IMG/VR virus record: IMGVR_UViG_3300050343_000162 | Location: 1-62,950 of that record | Source: a virus | Taxonomy: Duplodnaviria; Caudoviricetes | Length of the DNA: 62,950 nucleotides | Reading direction: 5' to 3' (one strand) | Part shown: positions 61,990 through 62,950 of the stretch, piece after piece | Layout: every line of letters begins with the position of its first letter | Position numbering within the stretch: the stretch's first letter is position 1 | The notes under the pieces: model-generated | What the model saw: only the letters and a program-made list of their open reading frames with translations | Told to the model about the DNA's origin: nothing | Database searches by the model: none | Program-made: the position numbers and the translations under genes

Positions 61990-62253
61990 TTATTCTTCCA
62001 GAGCTTCCAGAATTTCATAATAATCAACTTTGTCAAAGTCAATATCGTCTATAAATAAATTCTTGAATTGCTTGATAGTAAATAATAAAATCAAAGCTCT
62101 TCGCTCTTTGTTCTCTGGCTCTATTTCTTGCCAGGCACATTTGCGATTGAATGACTCCAGAAGTGGAGTATAAATTTCGCTAGTGTTCATTATGTTGAGA
62201 TTACATCTCCAAGTATCAATATTAGCCCAACCATTATAATTAATTTTTGTCAT
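61990..62253 (-). CDS. Conserved early phage protein (YNGWAN..TW motif)
   Basis: YNGWANIDTW...KVDYYEI pattern. Confidence 0.7.
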   Translation of the reverse strand: MTKINYNGWANIDTWRCNLNIMNTSEIYTPLLESFNRKCAWQEIEPENKERRALILLFTIKQFKNLFIDDIDFDKVDYYEILEALEE

Positions 62254-62477
62254 AGCTCTAAAATATTGTTTTCAATGTCATCTCCTAATCTTCCTGATAA
62301 GTCAAAAATTTCATCTTGAATTATCATTTGTGTATCTTCTGGAAGCTCTTCAATTTGGCTTTCCAGAGCGTCCCAAATCAGACGTTCTATTTTCGTCTGG
62401 AAATGTAATTCCAGATTTTGAGTTTTATCCTGGAGAACTTTTAAAAGTCCGCTCTCCTGGAGTTCATAATATTCCAT
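62250..62477 (-). CDS. Acidic hypothetical protein, first gene of the minus-strand block
   Basis: 75-aa ORF overlapping the next start. Confidence 0.65.
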   Translation of the reverse strand: MEYYELQESGLLKVLQDKTQNLELHFQTKIERLIWDALESQIEELPEDTQMIIQDEIFDLSGRLGDDIENNILEL

Positions 62478-62779
62478 TTTTTTAAGTTTAAAGTTTCAGT
62501 ATTTCAAAGACGGATTTTTTACTAATACCTAGTCTGTGGCTAGTGGCGGAAATCTGGTAACGCCCATTTGAATTATAAAATTAATCAAATAAACTGAAAA
62601 AACAAATAAATTACTTATCAAATATTATCCAGCTAGATCCCCAGAGATATTTATTTGCTTCTCTGGAGAGCAAGTTTTTAATTTTCAAAGCTTTGAGCTT
62701 CAAAAAATCTCCGTTTAATTTGTTCTCTCTGGAAGTGGTGGAGGTATAAAAGGGAAGGTGTGAACACCTCTTCCTCTTC

Positions 62780-62950
62780 TAAGCTCGTCAAACGAGTTAG
62801 CAAGGGGTAGGAGGTCGGAGGGTTGGAGATAGTGCAGCAGGAGCGCAGGCAAAAAGCCTAAAAAATCTGCAAAGCTCTAAAAAATCAATAGCCCCCCCGC
62901 TAAAAAATTAATGACTTTTGTCGGCGGCAAGTGGCGGCTGTACACATATA
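62780..62950 (+). repeat. Right copy of terminal direct repeat
   Basis: Near-identical to 1..167; implies a complete genome (true DTR or circular overlap). Confidence 0.95.

Noticed and set aside
1-62950. Stop-codon reassignment explaining the fragmented ORFs
   Set aside because: Fragments switch reading frame rather than continuing in frame past TAG or TGA, and long genes are intact under code 11

Overview
The window looks like an essentially complete ~62.8 kb AT-rich dsDNA tailed-phage genome bounded by a ~170 bp direct repeat (1..167 and 62780..62950). Repeated TAnnTTTG promoter motifs and SD-less, A-rich translation starts point to a Bacteroidota host, probably a marine Flavobacteriia member. 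The + strand (214..48754) carries GroEL/GroES chaperonins, a cluster of tiny basic proteins, Gly-rich tail fibres, lysis genes, terminase, portal, scaffold, major capsid, podovirus-type tail ring and nozzle (stabilization) proteins, and three ejection-type proteins. The - strand (48835..62477) carries replication and recombination genes (primase-helicase, SF2 helicase, VRR-NUC, RecE-like exonuclease, Sak-like annealase, two DnaA-C-like proteins) and small early genes. I recognised no DNA or RNA polymerase and no integrase. Many essential genes are frameshifted, most likely from long-read indel errors. The most striking feature is a candidate phage-encoded, plant/algal-extensin-like hydroxyproline O-glycosylation cassette: a two-domain prolyl 4-hydroxylase, an NDP-glucose 4,6-dehydratase, an HPAT/SGT1-like glycosyltransferase and an NTase-like ORF. 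It sits exactly between two tail proteins carrying long (Pro-Thr/Pro-Ser)n tracts, which are its likely substrates. Other oddities are a tRNA-shaped ncRNA with an 86-nt anticodon loop, an overprinted nested gene, a dense CTGGA motif cluster at the right end and an iteron-like array. All family assignments come from motif recognition by eye; no searches were run.
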